A stretch of 41,132 nt of DNA, taken from contig JBMFOP010000014.1 of assembly GCA_049969675.1 (NCBI GenBank), positions 1 to 41,132 of the forward strand. Direction: 5' to 3'. Shown piece after piece: positions 29,242 to 39,014 of the stretch. Every line of letters starts with the position of its first letter. The first letter of the stretch is position 1. A program made the translations under genes and the position numbers. Under the pieces are notes generated by a model that made no database searches, was not told where the DNA came from, and saw only the letters and a program-made list of their open reading frames with translations. The DNA comes from Myxococcota bacterium. GTDB taxonomy: Bacteria > Myxococcota > SpSt-1050.

Positions 29242-30680
29242 TATTTACCTTTCTTATCCATAACTTTTATAAATACATCAACCAGTTTTGGGTCAAATTG
29301 AGTTCCAGAGCATCTCTTTAATTCCTCAATAGCCACCTCATGAGATAGGGCCGGTCTATACGGCCGGTCAGATGTCATAGCATCGTAGGTATCTGCTATA
29401 GCCAGAATTCTTGCACCGAGAGGAATCTCATCTCCTCTCAAACCATCGGGATAACCAGAACCATCATATTGTTCATGATGATGATAAATAGCTGGCAACA
29501 CATCCTGCAAAAATGTGATTGGTTGCAGAATCTTTTTACCAATTACTGGATGTAATTTAAACATCTCATATTCTTTTGGAGTCAACTTCTCTGGTTTGTT
29601 GAGTTCTTCATATCTTATACCTATCTTACCGATGTCATGCAATAGAGCCGCCTGAAATATCCTCCCAGTCTCTTCTTCTGAGAGACCGAGTCCTTTACAA
29701 AGTTCAAGTGCATACTTTGCAACTCTCTCAGAGTGTCCTATAGTATATCTATCCTTTGCCTCAATGGCGAGTGCAAAGCCCTGAATTGTTTCACTAAAAG
29801 TCGTCTGCATCCTCATAACCAGCTGTATATTTTCTATATGTGCACCAGCTCTATCAGCAATAGTAAGAACAGTCTTCCTCTGTCCCTCTGTAATAATCTG
29901 ATTGCTTTTCATCTTGTAAATTGCCAGCAGATATTGATTCTCACCATTTACCTTTATGGGGGCAAATAGTGCAGATGCGGGTGAATTTTCAATGAATAAC
30001 CCCTCAGGATAACTACCCTCCTCCAGAAGTGTTGTGGACGAAGAGGCACCAATAAATTTTAATCTTTCGGGGTCAAGCTTAGGGAAGGTCTCCTCCTGTG
30101 AGAGAATCTTACGGGTCAGTATCTTGAGACTCTTATTCTTCTGAATCTCATAAATCTCCATAATGTCGGGACTGAGTGCCTCACTTATAGCGTTTATAAT
30201 CAATTCAAAAATCCCATCAGCTGTATGCTTTGAAGACATCTCCTCGGACATATGATAGAGTGACAGTGCCTCTCTCAACTGAATATTTTCTGCAATCAGA
30301 TTATATCTCTCAATAGCCCTGTCTAAAATTCTTAATATGTCCTCCATCCTAAACGGCTTTAGTATATAGTCATAGGCACCGGCCTTCATAGCATCAATGG
30401 CTGTCTCTATCGTACCATACCCGGTCATTATTATTGGGACCACAGGCAGGCGTCGGTCACTAATAAATTGTAATAGTTGCATCCCATCCAGATTAGGCAT
30501 CTTTAGGTCCGATAAGACAACATTATATTTACCGGATAAAATCTTCTCTCTCGCCTCAACTCCGTCCTCTGCCGTCTCAGTGTCATAACCTTCAAGGGAT
30601 AAAAACTCAGTAAGGATATCCCTGATTACCGGTTCATCATCCACAATTAGAATCTTCGGTTTCTTTATAGATAAAGCCAT
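29241..30680 (-). CDS. Response regulator REC-(GAF-like)-HD-GYP cyclic-dinucleotide phosphodiesterase
   Basis: REC ILIVDDE..SDLKMP..TG..KPF; GHSERV, HDIGK, HHEQYDGSGYP and DTYDAMTSDRPYR. Start is ATG 30680 or GTG 30683. Confidence 0.93.
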   Translation of the reverse strand: MALSIKKPKILIVDDEPVIRDILTEFLSLEGYDTETAEDGVEAREKILSGKYNVVLSDLKMPNLDGMQLLQFISDRRLPVVPIIMTGYGTIETAIDAMKAGAYDYILKPFRMEDILRILDRAIERYNLIAENIQLREALSLYHMSEEMSSKHTADGIFELIINAISEALSPDIMEIYEIQKNKSLKILTRKILSQEETFPKLDPERLKFIGASSSTTLLEEGSYPEGLFIENSPASALFAPIKVNGENQYLLAIYKMKSNQIITEGQRKTVLTIADRAGAHIENIQLVMRMQTTFSETIQGFALAIEAKDRYTIGHSERVAKYALELCKGLGLSEEETGRIFQAALLHDIGKIGIRYEELNKPEKLTPKEYEMFKLHPVIGKKILQPITFLQDVLPAIYHHHEQYDGSGYPDGLRGDEIPLGARILAIADTYDAMTSDRPYRPALSHEVAIEELKRCSGTQFDPKLVDVFIKVMDKKGK

Positions 30681-32479
30681 CACCAGTCCTCAACTGAGAT
30701 CGCAAAATTACCCGATGATGAAGCTGTCTTTGTGTTATCTGGAGATAATGATATAAATGAAAAAGTACTTTCCATAATTACCGCAATCCTGTTATCTGCA
30801 TTTGAAACCGCTATAAGATAACCGCTATAGTCATCATAAAAGATATTAACAAGATTCTTTGTATTATCTGAGGCTGTTGAAGTAATCAGTCTTGTATCAA
30901 AAGGCGAACCCGCTATCTCTGTAAGTGAGTTTATATCAAAGCCCCTGATTGTTGCGGTTGCATCCACAGGGGTGGAAGGAGAGTTATTACAGGCCACATA
31001 AAGCCTTTGATGGTCCTTCCCAAATGTCATTTTCATAGGACCAGAATTGGCCCCGAGAGAAATAGGAGATGTCTCCTGATTCAAATTATCAACATTAAAG
31101 ACATAAAGATTACCAGCAAAATAATCTACTGTGAACACCCTATTTGTAGAAGGATGATATTTTATATCCCTTGCCAGCGTCTTTTCATCTCCAAAGAGAG
31201 TATATCCATCCCCAACTGGCTTAAATGTATCCCTATCCCTTACAAATAAAGCCCCTCTATAATTATTAGGAGGTGGTGATGGAGGTGGCAATGCCGTATC
31301 ATATCTCCCACAAAGAAATAACCTGTTGTTGACCTTATCTATATCTATCCCATATAGCTCTACTCCAACCGGTATATCATCTATCATCACAAGAGACTCC
31401 ATCTCGTGAATATAAAGATGTCCATTTGAGGAGACCAGATATATTCTGCTTTTCTCATAATCCATTACAGCGGATGTAATAAAGGCATTTTGTGTAGGAT
31501 TTGAAACCTTCTTAATAAAACTCAGTGTAGCAAAATCATACGCACTTATTACATACCCGTAATCAGACTCTCCTCTTGTAATCACAAGGACAAGAAGATT
31601 ATATGGATCAAGCAGTATCTGAACCGGAAAATTACCCTCAGCCGTAAATTTACCACCCCTGTAATCCAAAAAATTTGGATAGGTGAGAACAAAGAATTGG
31701 TTTGCAGGTGAAGAATCACTACCATAATCAGAGAAGAATAGCCTCCGCATAATCTTATAACTCAAATTTTTTGCTGTCTGTCCAAATGAATTGACTGTAA
31801 TATTTCCATCTTTAGCAAAGCCGGGCACAACCACCTGTATACTTGAAGAAGATATATCTACTATCCTGGCCTCTCTACTATCTCCATCAAATTTAACCGA
31901 GAGAGTCCCACATTCACTATCAAATCCCTGACCATATATCGTCAGAATAGTACCTCTCGGAATGTCTGTAGAAGGGATTCTCCTGGTAACAACAAGTGTC
32001 CCATTTGCATCACAATTAGAAATGTCTGTAATGTCAGTCCCCGCATCCACATCTGATGGCTCTATATCTTCAACAATATCTCTATCAATAACATCCTCCA
32101 CATCGGTGCCAGGTACATCTGCATCTTCAATTATATCTGCATCAGCCTCAACATCTAAATCGGCATCCTCAATATCCAGAGTATCTACCTTCACAATATC
32201 TCTACCCGCGTCCAGAATAACAATACCAGCATCACACCCCTTAATCGGTCTGCATACACCCTCATCACATCTCCTACAGGTTCCACACTCCTCATCTTTA
32301 TTGCAACCGGTATTTGGGTCAATTACCTGTGGGTCTGGAGTAAATGAATTGGGATAACATTTCTCATTTATACATTTATTATCTTTGGGGCAGTCTGAAT
32401 CATTCTTACATCTATCAGAAGAGCTACAACCTAAAAGTCCTGCTATTGTGAAAACAACAATTATTATATATTTTCTCAT
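30680..32479 (-). CDS. Lipoprotein: Cys-rich N-terminus, Asp-rich stalk, IPT/TIG domain, YVTN-like beta-propeller
   Basis: GGAGG RBS; LLGC lipobox; CKNDSDCPKDNKC; acidic linker; GTILTIYGQGF...IQVVVP (IPT); GP..MTFGKDHQRLYVAC-type blades. Confidence 0.78.
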   Translation of the reverse strand: MRKYIIIVVFTIAGLLGCSSSDRCKNDSDCPKDNKCINEKCYPNSFTPDPQVIDPNTGCNKDEECGTCRRCDEGVCRPIKGCDAGIVILDAGRDIVKVDTLDIEDADLDVEADADIIEDADVPGTDVEDVIDRDIVEDIEPSDVDAGTDITDISNCDANGTLVVTRRIPSTDIPRGTILTIYGQGFDSECGTLSVKFDGDSREARIVDISSSSIQVVVPGFAKDGNITVNSFGQTAKNLSYKIMRRLFFSDYGSDSSPANQFFVLTYPNFLDYRGGKFTAEGNFPVQILLDPYNLLVLVITRGESDYGYVISAYDFATLSFIKKVSNPTQNAFITSAVMDYEKSRIYLVSSNGHLYIHEMESLVMIDDIPVGVELYGIDIDKVNNRLFLCGRYDTALPPPSPPPNNYRGALFVRDRDTFKPVGDGYTLFGDEKTLARDIKYHPSTNRVFTVDYFAGNLYVFNVDNLNQETSPISLGANSGPMKMTFGKDHQRLYVACNNSPSTPVDATATIRGFDINSLTEIAGSPFDTRLITSTASDNTKNLVNIFYDDYSGYLIAVSNADNRIAVIMESTFSFISLSPDNTKTASSSGNFAISVEDW

Positions 32480-32566
32480 TATCTCTCTCCTCCATATTGC
32501 ATAGAACATTTTATAATATTTTTTATATTTTTCAACAATATTATTTCACTATAATTCGCCCCAACG

Positions 32567-32845
32567 TCAACTGTATGGTGTGGAAACAAGACCATAATAT
32601 CCATGAACAATTATATTTCTCAAATCTCCAACCTTTCTCCATTCTATATCGGGATATTTTTGTTTAACTTTATCTGGTATGTTTTTAGTTGCCTCACCAA
32701 TTACCTCAAGATTTCTTATTACTGCATCCATCAGCATCTGGTCATTTGTAAATTCTTCGAATGTTTTTCCTCCTGTATAATTAAGTATTCTTTTTGTACA
32801 ATCTTTAATATCTGTAATGAAAAGTTTTTAATTTCTCTTAAGCAT
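32567..32845 (-). pseudogene. hepT: HepT (DUF86/HEPN) ribonuclease toxin pseudogene
   Basis: Manual translation: MLKRN*KLFITDI...DAVIRNLEVIGEATKNIP...EWRKVGDLRNIIVHGYYGLVSTPYS*. In-frame TAA at codon 6 (32828-32830); the C-terminus is lost after the RxxxxH motif. Confidence 0.9.
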
Positions 32846-33149
32846 AATTCCCATCTGATAATATGGTCTGCCTTAATTCTTCCCTTATGAAGATTTTTAG
32901 TACTAAATCAATATCCGACTCCAAAATTTCCTCAAGGTAAAACTTGATTTCTATATAATTATCAAATGTTTTATATCCATCTTCAAATTCTACAAGAATA
33001 TCTATATCGCCCTCTCTTTTCTGTTCGCCTCTAACATACGAACCAAAAACACCTATTTCTTTAACCTTAAATCTCTTTTTTAACTCTGTAATATGAAGTT
33101 TCAATATGTTAATGATTTCAGTTGCATTCTTAGGTTTTTTATTTTTCAT
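32838..33149 (-). CDS. mntA: MntA minimal nucleotidyltransferase antitoxin
   Basis: IGVFGSYVRGEQKREGDIDILVEF (GS-x10-DxD); about 100 aa; overlaps the HepT start. Confidence 0.9.
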   Translation of the reverse strand: MKNKKPKNATEIINILKLHITELKKRFKVKEIGVFGSYVRGEQKREGDIDILVEFEDGYKTFDNYIEIKFYLEEILESDIDLVLKIFIREELRQTILSDGNYA

Positions 33150-33268
33150 TCCTCTTCTTCCATCAAATCCTTTGGGTTATAAATATCAAGCAATCTCTTT
33201 CTTATTACCTGTAATCGCAAACCTGGATAAATCAGAGAGCCTATCCACCACCTGCCGAGTTTCTCTGC
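33146..33268 (-). pseudogene. C-terminal remnant of a site-specific N6/N4 DNA methyltransferase
   Basis: Reads AEKLGRWWIG / SDLSRFAI / QVIRKRLLDIYNPKDLMEEEE* across two small frameshifts, resembling the MTase segment AEKLGRRWIGxDLSRFAIxxTRKRL. Its TGA overlaps the mntA ATG. Confidence 0.65.
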
Positions 33269-33301
33269 TATTATGAGAACTGTTATATGAGGAATCATCT
33301 T

Positions 33302-33758
33302 TCAATATCCCCTTCGTCTAAGATAACTGTGAGTTCCATTAAATTCTGTTCGTATTCTATATTGTGTTTTTTCTCCTTTCGTATAATATATCACTTCAAT
33401 ATCTGAAATTGGTCCTGCAACTTTGCCTGAGAGAAATTTTAAGAAATTGCTTTCTTTAATATATTCAAATTTAGTGCAATAAAGATATTCCTTCTCTTTT
33501 AAGTCTTTCAATTACAGAGGCACTGCACAACCATGTTCCATCCACCTCTGGATTAAATAGATTTGTTTTAATATTCACATAAACTGTTGTATCGTCTAAA
33601 TCAATGATAATTACATCGTATCCGCTCCAATTACCATATTTCACATTATCTTTTCCAAAAAAGTCAATGGCAAAACTAATTACATGCTTTTCAATAATAT
33701 CAGAAACAGATCTTAGTATAGGGAACCACTGCTGCACTTTTGAAGAAATATGATACAT
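33302..33758 (-). pseudogene. Probable frameshifted hypothetical gene (two overlapping ORFs, 95 aa and 69 aa)
   Basis: Same-strand ORFs overlap by 41 nt and the second has only a TTG start; AT-rich; no recognisable family. Confidence 0.4.
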
Positions 33759-33964
33759 TATTGCCTTGTAGAAAAGAGAAAATTTCCATAAAGCAGAAAA
33801 ACAAAAAGAATTGAGTTCAATGATAGATCATTCAAGACATTAAAGATGTGGGGAAGGTCATTAAGTACTACAATAAACATAAAGCAGAGCCGTTAAAACA
33901 GACATATGATATAAGCCCTTATCGGCTTAATTATAATGCTTATTATGAGACATAACATTAACTA

Positions 33965-35692
33965 TCAGCTCTTTGAGAAGTCTATAATCTTAAGTTTTAA
34001 TATGTCTGTATTCTGGTATCGGTCAATAAATGGGGTATATACTATATTTACTTTTGGTGGTATATCAGAGATTAAATCTTCTTCTCCCCATATCAGTCCT
34101 ATCTCCTGTCTCCCATTTTTTCTGAGCTGTAATATCCCTGTCCCCTTCTGATATCTATATGATACTACATCATAATTTGAAGTAAAGAATACTGGCTCGG
34201 GATTTTCATTCCCAAATGGGGAGAGCTGTTCAAGGTGATTGAAGAACTCGCCATTTATCTCTGCTGGTTCAAGAATTCCATCCACAATGAGTTCTGGCAA
34301 CTCTCTAAAAGAGTCTGAACTCTGCATCACCACCTCCTCAAATGCCTCTCTAAATTTATTTATATTCTCCACCTCAAGACTCAATCCAACAGCACTCTTA
34401 TGTCCACCGTATTCAAGCAGATATCTACTACATCTCTTTATACCCTCAATGAGGTCAAATGAACCCACACTCCTGCCCGAGCCTTTTGCAATTCCATCCT
34501 TTATGGAGAAGAGGATTGATGGTTTATTATACTTTCTTGAAATTCTGGAAGCCACAATCCCGATGACGCCGATATGCCAGTTTTCTGAAGCCAGAATTAT
34601 ACTATAATGAGATTTAATATCTTCCATATTCTCAATCTGTTCAAGTGCCTGCCTTAAAATCTCCTCTTCTATCCGCTGCCTCTTTGAATTATGGTTATTG
34701 AGCTCGGCAACCAGTCTCTTTGCAACCTCAGGGTCGTCAGTGGTGAGCAATTGAACTGCATACCTTGGGTCCTCAATCCTTCCAGCGGCATTTAGTCTCG
34801 GGGCAACTCTATAACTAATCTCTTTACTGGATATCTTCTCAAATTTTCCAGCACAACTCTGAACCAGATGGGCAAGACCTATTCTCTTATTCTTGTTCAG
34901 AACTTTTAGCCCGTGCCTTACCAGAATCCTGTTTTCACCTTTAAGTGGCATAATATCAGCAATCGTACCGAGAGCAACGAGGTCCAGATAATCTTTCAGA
35001 TTAGGCTGTTCTGAGATAGATATAATACCGTCCTCTCTGAGCCTCTTCCTGAGTGCAATCAGAAAATAGAATACTACTCCAACCGCTGCGAGTGGCTTGA
35101 ATGGAAATTCACAGTCCTCACGATAAGGGTCAAGAATCGCATAGGCGGCCGGGAGGTCTCCTACTACTCTATGATGGTCAATTACGATAATATCTACATT
35201 ATACCGCTCTTTTGCATATGCAATCTCCTCACGGGCACTTATTCCACAATCCACTGTGATAATGAGCTTTGCCCCTTCAAGCATTATCCTATCAATTGCA
35301 TCCTTATTAAGCCCGTAACCTTCACTCTGCCTATCCGGAATATAGTAAAAGACCTCCATCCCGAGATGTCTGAAGAAGTTTAAAAGGATGGAAATAGATG
35401 TTATCCCATCCACATCATAATCCCCATAGATAAAGACTGTCTCCTTATTTTGTATAGCCTTAATTACCCTCTCAACCACCTTCTCCATATCTTTCATATT
35501 CTCCGGTGGAAGCAGGTCTTTTAAATCGCATTTCAAAAACTTTATTGCCTCTGTATAATCTGAAATTCCCCTATTAAGTAAAATCCTTGCAATGGAATTA
35601 TCTATTCTAAGCTTCTCTGCAAACTCATCAATCTTCTTCTGGTCTATCTCATTATAGAGCCATCTGTATATCTTTCCTTTTCCTAAAAGCAT
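33965..35692 (-). CDS. recJ: Single-stranded DNA-specific exonuclease RecJ
   Basis: GDYDVDG, TVDCGI, IDHH, GTIADIMPL, PRLNAAGR, GSGRS and GGH. Confidence 0.97.
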   Translation of the reverse strand: MLLGKGKIYRWLYNEIDQKKIDEFAEKLRIDNSIARILLNRGISDYTEAIKFLKCDLKDLLPPENMKDMEKVVERVIKAIQNKETVFIYGDYDVDGITSISILLNFFRHLGMEVFYYIPDRQSEGYGLNKDAIDRIMLEGAKLIITVDCGISAREEIAYAKERYNVDIIVIDHHRVVGDLPAAYAILDPYREDCEFPFKPLAAVGVVFYFLIALRKRLREDGIISISEQPNLKDYLDLVALGTIADIMPLKGENRILVRHGLKVLNKNKRIGLAHLVQSCAGKFEKISSKEISYRVAPRLNAAGRIEDPRYAVQLLTTDDPEVAKRLVAELNNHNSKRQRIEEEILRQALEQIENMEDIKSHYSIILASENWHIGVIGIVASRISRKYNKPSILFSIKDGIAKGSGRSVGSFDLIEGIKRCSRYLLEYGGHKSAVGLSLEVENINKFREAFEEVVMQSSDSFRELPELIVDGILEPAEINGEFFNHLEQLSPFGNENPEPVFFTSNYDVVSYRYQKGTGILQLRKNGRQEIGLIWGEEDLISDIPPKVNIVYTPFIDRYQNTDILKLKIIDFSKS

Positions 35693-35703
35693 CTCATATT
35701 ATC

Positions 35704-36852
35704 TCATTTCTTCAGTGCCTTGAGCCTATAACTATTTAGAAGACTTTCAACATATAGAGATAAAGGTGCGGCAATATAAATTGATGAATATGTCCCAATG
35801 ATTACGCCAAAAAACATTACAAAGCTAAATGTCCTGAGAGTGTGACCACCGAAAAACAAGAGTACACCGGAGACAATCAGAACTGTTAAAGATGTGATGA
35901 TACTTCTCCCCAGCGTCTCGTTAATACTAATGTTTATAATCTCTGGCAGTCCCTTTGTCTTATGCTTTACAAGATTCTCCCTTACTCTGTCGTATACAAC
36001 TATGGTATCATTGATAGAATATCCAAGCAAAGTCATAATAGCGGCAAGTCCAGTCATATCAAATTCAAACCTTATTAGAGAGAGCACTCCAATAGTTATC
36101 AAACCGTCGTGTAATAATGAGATAAATGCACCGGGTGCAAACCTTAAGTCAAATCTGAATGCCACATAAATGGTAATAGCAATTAGAGAGTATATAGCTG
36201 CCAGAAGTCCACTCGTCCTCAAATCCTTCCCCACCTGTGGACCAACAGCATCCACACCAATAATCTCAACCTTTATCCCAGAGATCTCTTTTGTAATTGC
36301 CTCTTCTATCTTTCTGGATATTCCAGCAAGAATAATCAGACATTGAAATTCGGTTGTCTTCCCCTCCCTCTTTATATCTATATAATCAATCTTGTTTAAT
36401 TGAAGTAGTTCCTTGAGCTGATTTATATCTATCTCTTCGGTGAACTTCACCTCAATCTTATCGCCAGTCTCTGCAGAGAACTTGAATCTCTTAATCTTAT
36501 CCTTTCCAAATTTTTCAATTATTAAATTTTTAATATTTTGTGCATCAGACTCTTTGATGGAGGCAAACTCAGCCACTCTTATCACATATTCTTTCTGCTC
36601 GTTCCCTATTGAGAGGATATTTGCCTTTGTATAACCAGCCCTCTCAACAATCGCCCTTATCTGCTCGGTACTAACCGACTTATCCAGTTTAATATGAACC
36701 TCTGTTCCGCCGGAGAAATCTATACCAAAATTTAACCCCTTTGTGAAAAAAACGATTATTGAGATCAATACCATCAATGTGGAGAGAGTTACAAAAAACT
36801 TATTCTTTCCAACAAAATCAAAATTTGTACCGGGTTTAATTAGCTCAAACAT
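35704..36852 (-). CDS. secF: Protein translocase subunit SecF
   Basis: GIDFSGG, VGPQVG, GYSINDTIVVYDRVRE and GTYSSIYIA. Confidence 0.98.
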   Translation of the reverse strand: MFELIKPGTNFDFVGKNKFFVTLSTLMVLISIIVFFTKGLNFGIDFSGGTEVHIKLDKSVSTEQIRAIVERAGYTKANILSIGNEQKEYVIRVAEFASIKESDAQNIKNLIIEKFGKDKIKRFKFSAETGDKIEVKFTEEIDINQLKELLQLNKIDYIDIKREGKTTEFQCLIILAGISRKIEEAITKEISGIKVEIIGVDAVGPQVGKDLRTSGLLAAIYSLIAITIYVAFRFDLRFAPGAFISLLHDGLITIGVLSLIRFEFDMTGLAAIMTLLGYSINDTIVVYDRVRENLVKHKTKGLPEIINISINETLGRSIITSLTVLIVSGVLLFFGGHTLRTFSFVMFFGVIIGTYSSIYIAAPLSLYVESLLNSYRLKALKK

Positions 36853-36861
36853 AATAACTCC

Positions 36862-38586
36862 TTATATACTTATCTTTTCAATTTTATGTGAATGATATAT
36901 TCTATCCATTATCAATCTTGTAACTACTATCGCTGTAAACATTGAGGCAATCAGTCCTATAGTAAGTGTGACAGCAAAACCTCTGATAGGCCCCGTACCA
37001 AATTGGAACAGGATTATAGCTGATATGAGAGTTGTGAGGTTTGAATCAAATATGGTCCAGAATACCCTCCCATAAGCCACTTCAATTGCTGCCTTCGGTG
37101 TCTTCCCCGACCGAATCTCCTCTCTGATTCTCTCATTTATCAGAACATTGGCATCCACTGCCATAGCGAGGGTTAGAACCAGACCAGCCATTCCGGGGAG
37201 TGTAAGTGTCGCCTCAAAAAATGCCATTACTGCGAGTATCAGGAAGAGATTGAGAACAAGTGCAAAATCAGCAATCAATCCAGATAGTTTATAATAGACC
37301 ATCATAAACAGCAGGACAAGCAATGTTCCTATGACAATTGACTTTATACCTTTGTCAATAGAATCCTTCCCGAGCGTGGGGCCTACTGTCCTCTCCTCAA
37401 GTATCTCCACCGGCGCTGGCAATGCACCACTCCTTAAGACTATTGCAAGGTCATTTGCCTCATTCAACAACTCCTCGTAAGACTTCATTGAACCGAGCGT
37501 AATTCGTGCGTGCCCACCACTTATCTTCTCTTTGATTACAGGGGCAGAGTCCACAATATTATCAAGTACAATAGCCATTCTCCTCCCTACATTCTCAGCA
37601 GTCAGTTTTTCAAATATCTTTGCACCCTGAACATCAAAAGAGAGTCCTACATACGGTCTATTCTCTTCATGGTCTATAAATACATCAGCGCCTGTAATAA
37701 ATTCACCTGTAAGTGGTGTCTTCTTCTGTACCACATAGGTTTTATAATAAGTCTCAAGCTCCCTCTGCTCCTTTCCAAGCACAATCTGATAACCCTTTGT
37801 GTCAATGCCTTTAATAAAATTTAGTAACTTATCCTTATCCTTTGAGACAAGGTAATACTCTGTCATTATCTGACCATCTTTCCCCTCATAAGTATAGTGG
37901 TCTGATGAGATTCCCTCCGGAAGATTGTCTTTATATGTTGAGAGTATATCTGTTTTATCCTCCACAAGCTTAAATTCCAGTTGAGCAGTCTGTCCTAATA
38001 ACGCCTTTGCCCTCTCGGGGTCGGTGAGTCCGGGGAGCTGAACGAGAATCGCATTGTCACCCTTCTTGGCAATTGACCTCTCAGCCACACCGAACTGGTC
38101 CACCCTATTGGTAAGGGTCTTCATCGCCTGGTCTATCGCCGTCCTCTTGATATTGCTGATATACTGCTCGTTAAAATCAAATGTAATCTCATTTGCATTG
38201 TGATTTATAACCGTAAATTGAGGATGCTCCTTTAATACCTTCTCCTCAAAAGAGACCGCATCCTCTGGCTTCTTGAAGATTACTCTTATCTGATAGGTAT
38301 CCTCAACCCTCTCAATCTTTGTATATTCAAGTCCCTTCTCCTTGAGAATGGTCTCAAGGTCTGTTGCAAATGAATCTGCCTTATCTGAGATAGCCTTATC
38401 AAGGTCAACTCCCAGAACCAGATGCATTCCACCCTGTAAATCCAGACCAAGTCTGATTCGTTTGTCGTTGAACTTTTTGTACCATTCTGGCGTATTCTCT
38501 CCCAGAAATGTGGGGACGAGATATACAAGCGATAAAATTACAATAACCAATATAAACCAGAATTTATACCACCAGCCTTTTTCCAT
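36862..38586 (-). CDS. secD: Protein translocase subunit SecD
   Basis: LGLDLQGG, LRSGALPAP, VGPTLG, AVDANVLINERIREE and GTGPIRGFA. Confidence 0.98.
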   Translation of the reverse strand: MEKGWWYKFWFILVIVILSLVYLVPTFLGENTPEWYKKFNDKRIRLGLDLQGGMHLVLGVDLDKAISDKADSFATDLETILKEKGLEYTKIERVEDTYQIRVIFKKPEDAVSFEEKVLKEHPQFTVINHNANEITFDFNEQYISNIKRTAIDQAMKTLTNRVDQFGVAERSIAKKGDNAILVQLPGLTDPERAKALLGQTAQLEFKLVEDKTDILSTYKDNLPEGISSDHYTYEGKDGQIMTEYYLVSKDKDKLLNFIKGIDTKGYQIVLGKEQRELETYYKTYVVQKKTPLTGEFITGADVFIDHEENRPYVGLSFDVQGAKIFEKLTAENVGRRMAIVLDNIVDSAPVIKEKISGGHARITLGSMKSYEELLNEANDLAIVLRSGALPAPVEILEERTVGPTLGKDSIDKGIKSIVIGTLLVLLFMMVYYKLSGLIADFALVLNLFLILAVMAFFEATLTLPGMAGLVLTLAMAVDANVLINERIREEIRSGKTPKAAIEVAYGRVFWTIFDSNLTTLISAIILFQFGTGPIRGFAVTLTIGLIASMFTAIVVTRLIMDRIYHSHKIEKISI

Positions 38587-38589
38587 AGT

Positions 38590-38937
38590 CTATTCCTCTT
38601 TCTTGTTTTGATTGTTATTATTTTCAAAGTTAAAAAGCCCGGCTATCTGATTCTTTAAGACCTTTATTCTGATATCATCAGCCACCTCAAGCATTACAAG
38701 ATTCCCATTAATCTGATAAATCCTGCCAATTATCCCACCGTTTGTAATAACATTGTCTCCGCGCTTGAGGTTGTCCAACATCTGCTTGTGCTGTTTCATC
38801 TGCTTCTGCTGAGGTCTGATCATAAGAAAATAAAAGATGGCAAATACTATAAGAAGTGGGAAGAGCATCTCCAAAATTCCACCGCCACCCTGCACCTGAG
38901 CAACTATCTGGTCTCTAATTATATCTACATTAAACAT
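38590..38937 (-). CDS. yajC: Preprotein translocase subunit YajC
   Basis: IFYFLMIRPQQK...GDNVITNGGIIG; upstream of secD. Confidence 0.97.
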   Translation of the reverse strand: MFNVDIIRDQIVAQVQGGGGILEMLFPLLIVFAIFYFLMIRPQQKQMKQHKQMLDNLKRGDNVITNGGIIGRIYQINGNLVMLEVADDIRIKVLKNQIAGLFNFENNNNQNKKEE

Positions 38938-39014
38938 CAGTTACTACTCCTTTCCTTATTAAAGAAGGGGTGATTTATTAGCAAAAAAAGAGGCGATAAT
39001 CAAATAAAATTTAG

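Noticed and set aside
32828..32830. Possible stop-codon recoding or readthrough in hepT
   Set aside because: TAA is used as a normal stop throughout the window and the gene is also truncated, so decay is the simpler explanation.
32603..32890. 95-aa plus-strand ORF
   Set aside because: Antisense to the hepT pseudogene, whose HEPN motifs explain the region.
33912..33929. TAAGCC-6 nt-GGCTTA hairpin after recJ as a terminator
   Set aside because: Weak stem with no U-tract on either strand.
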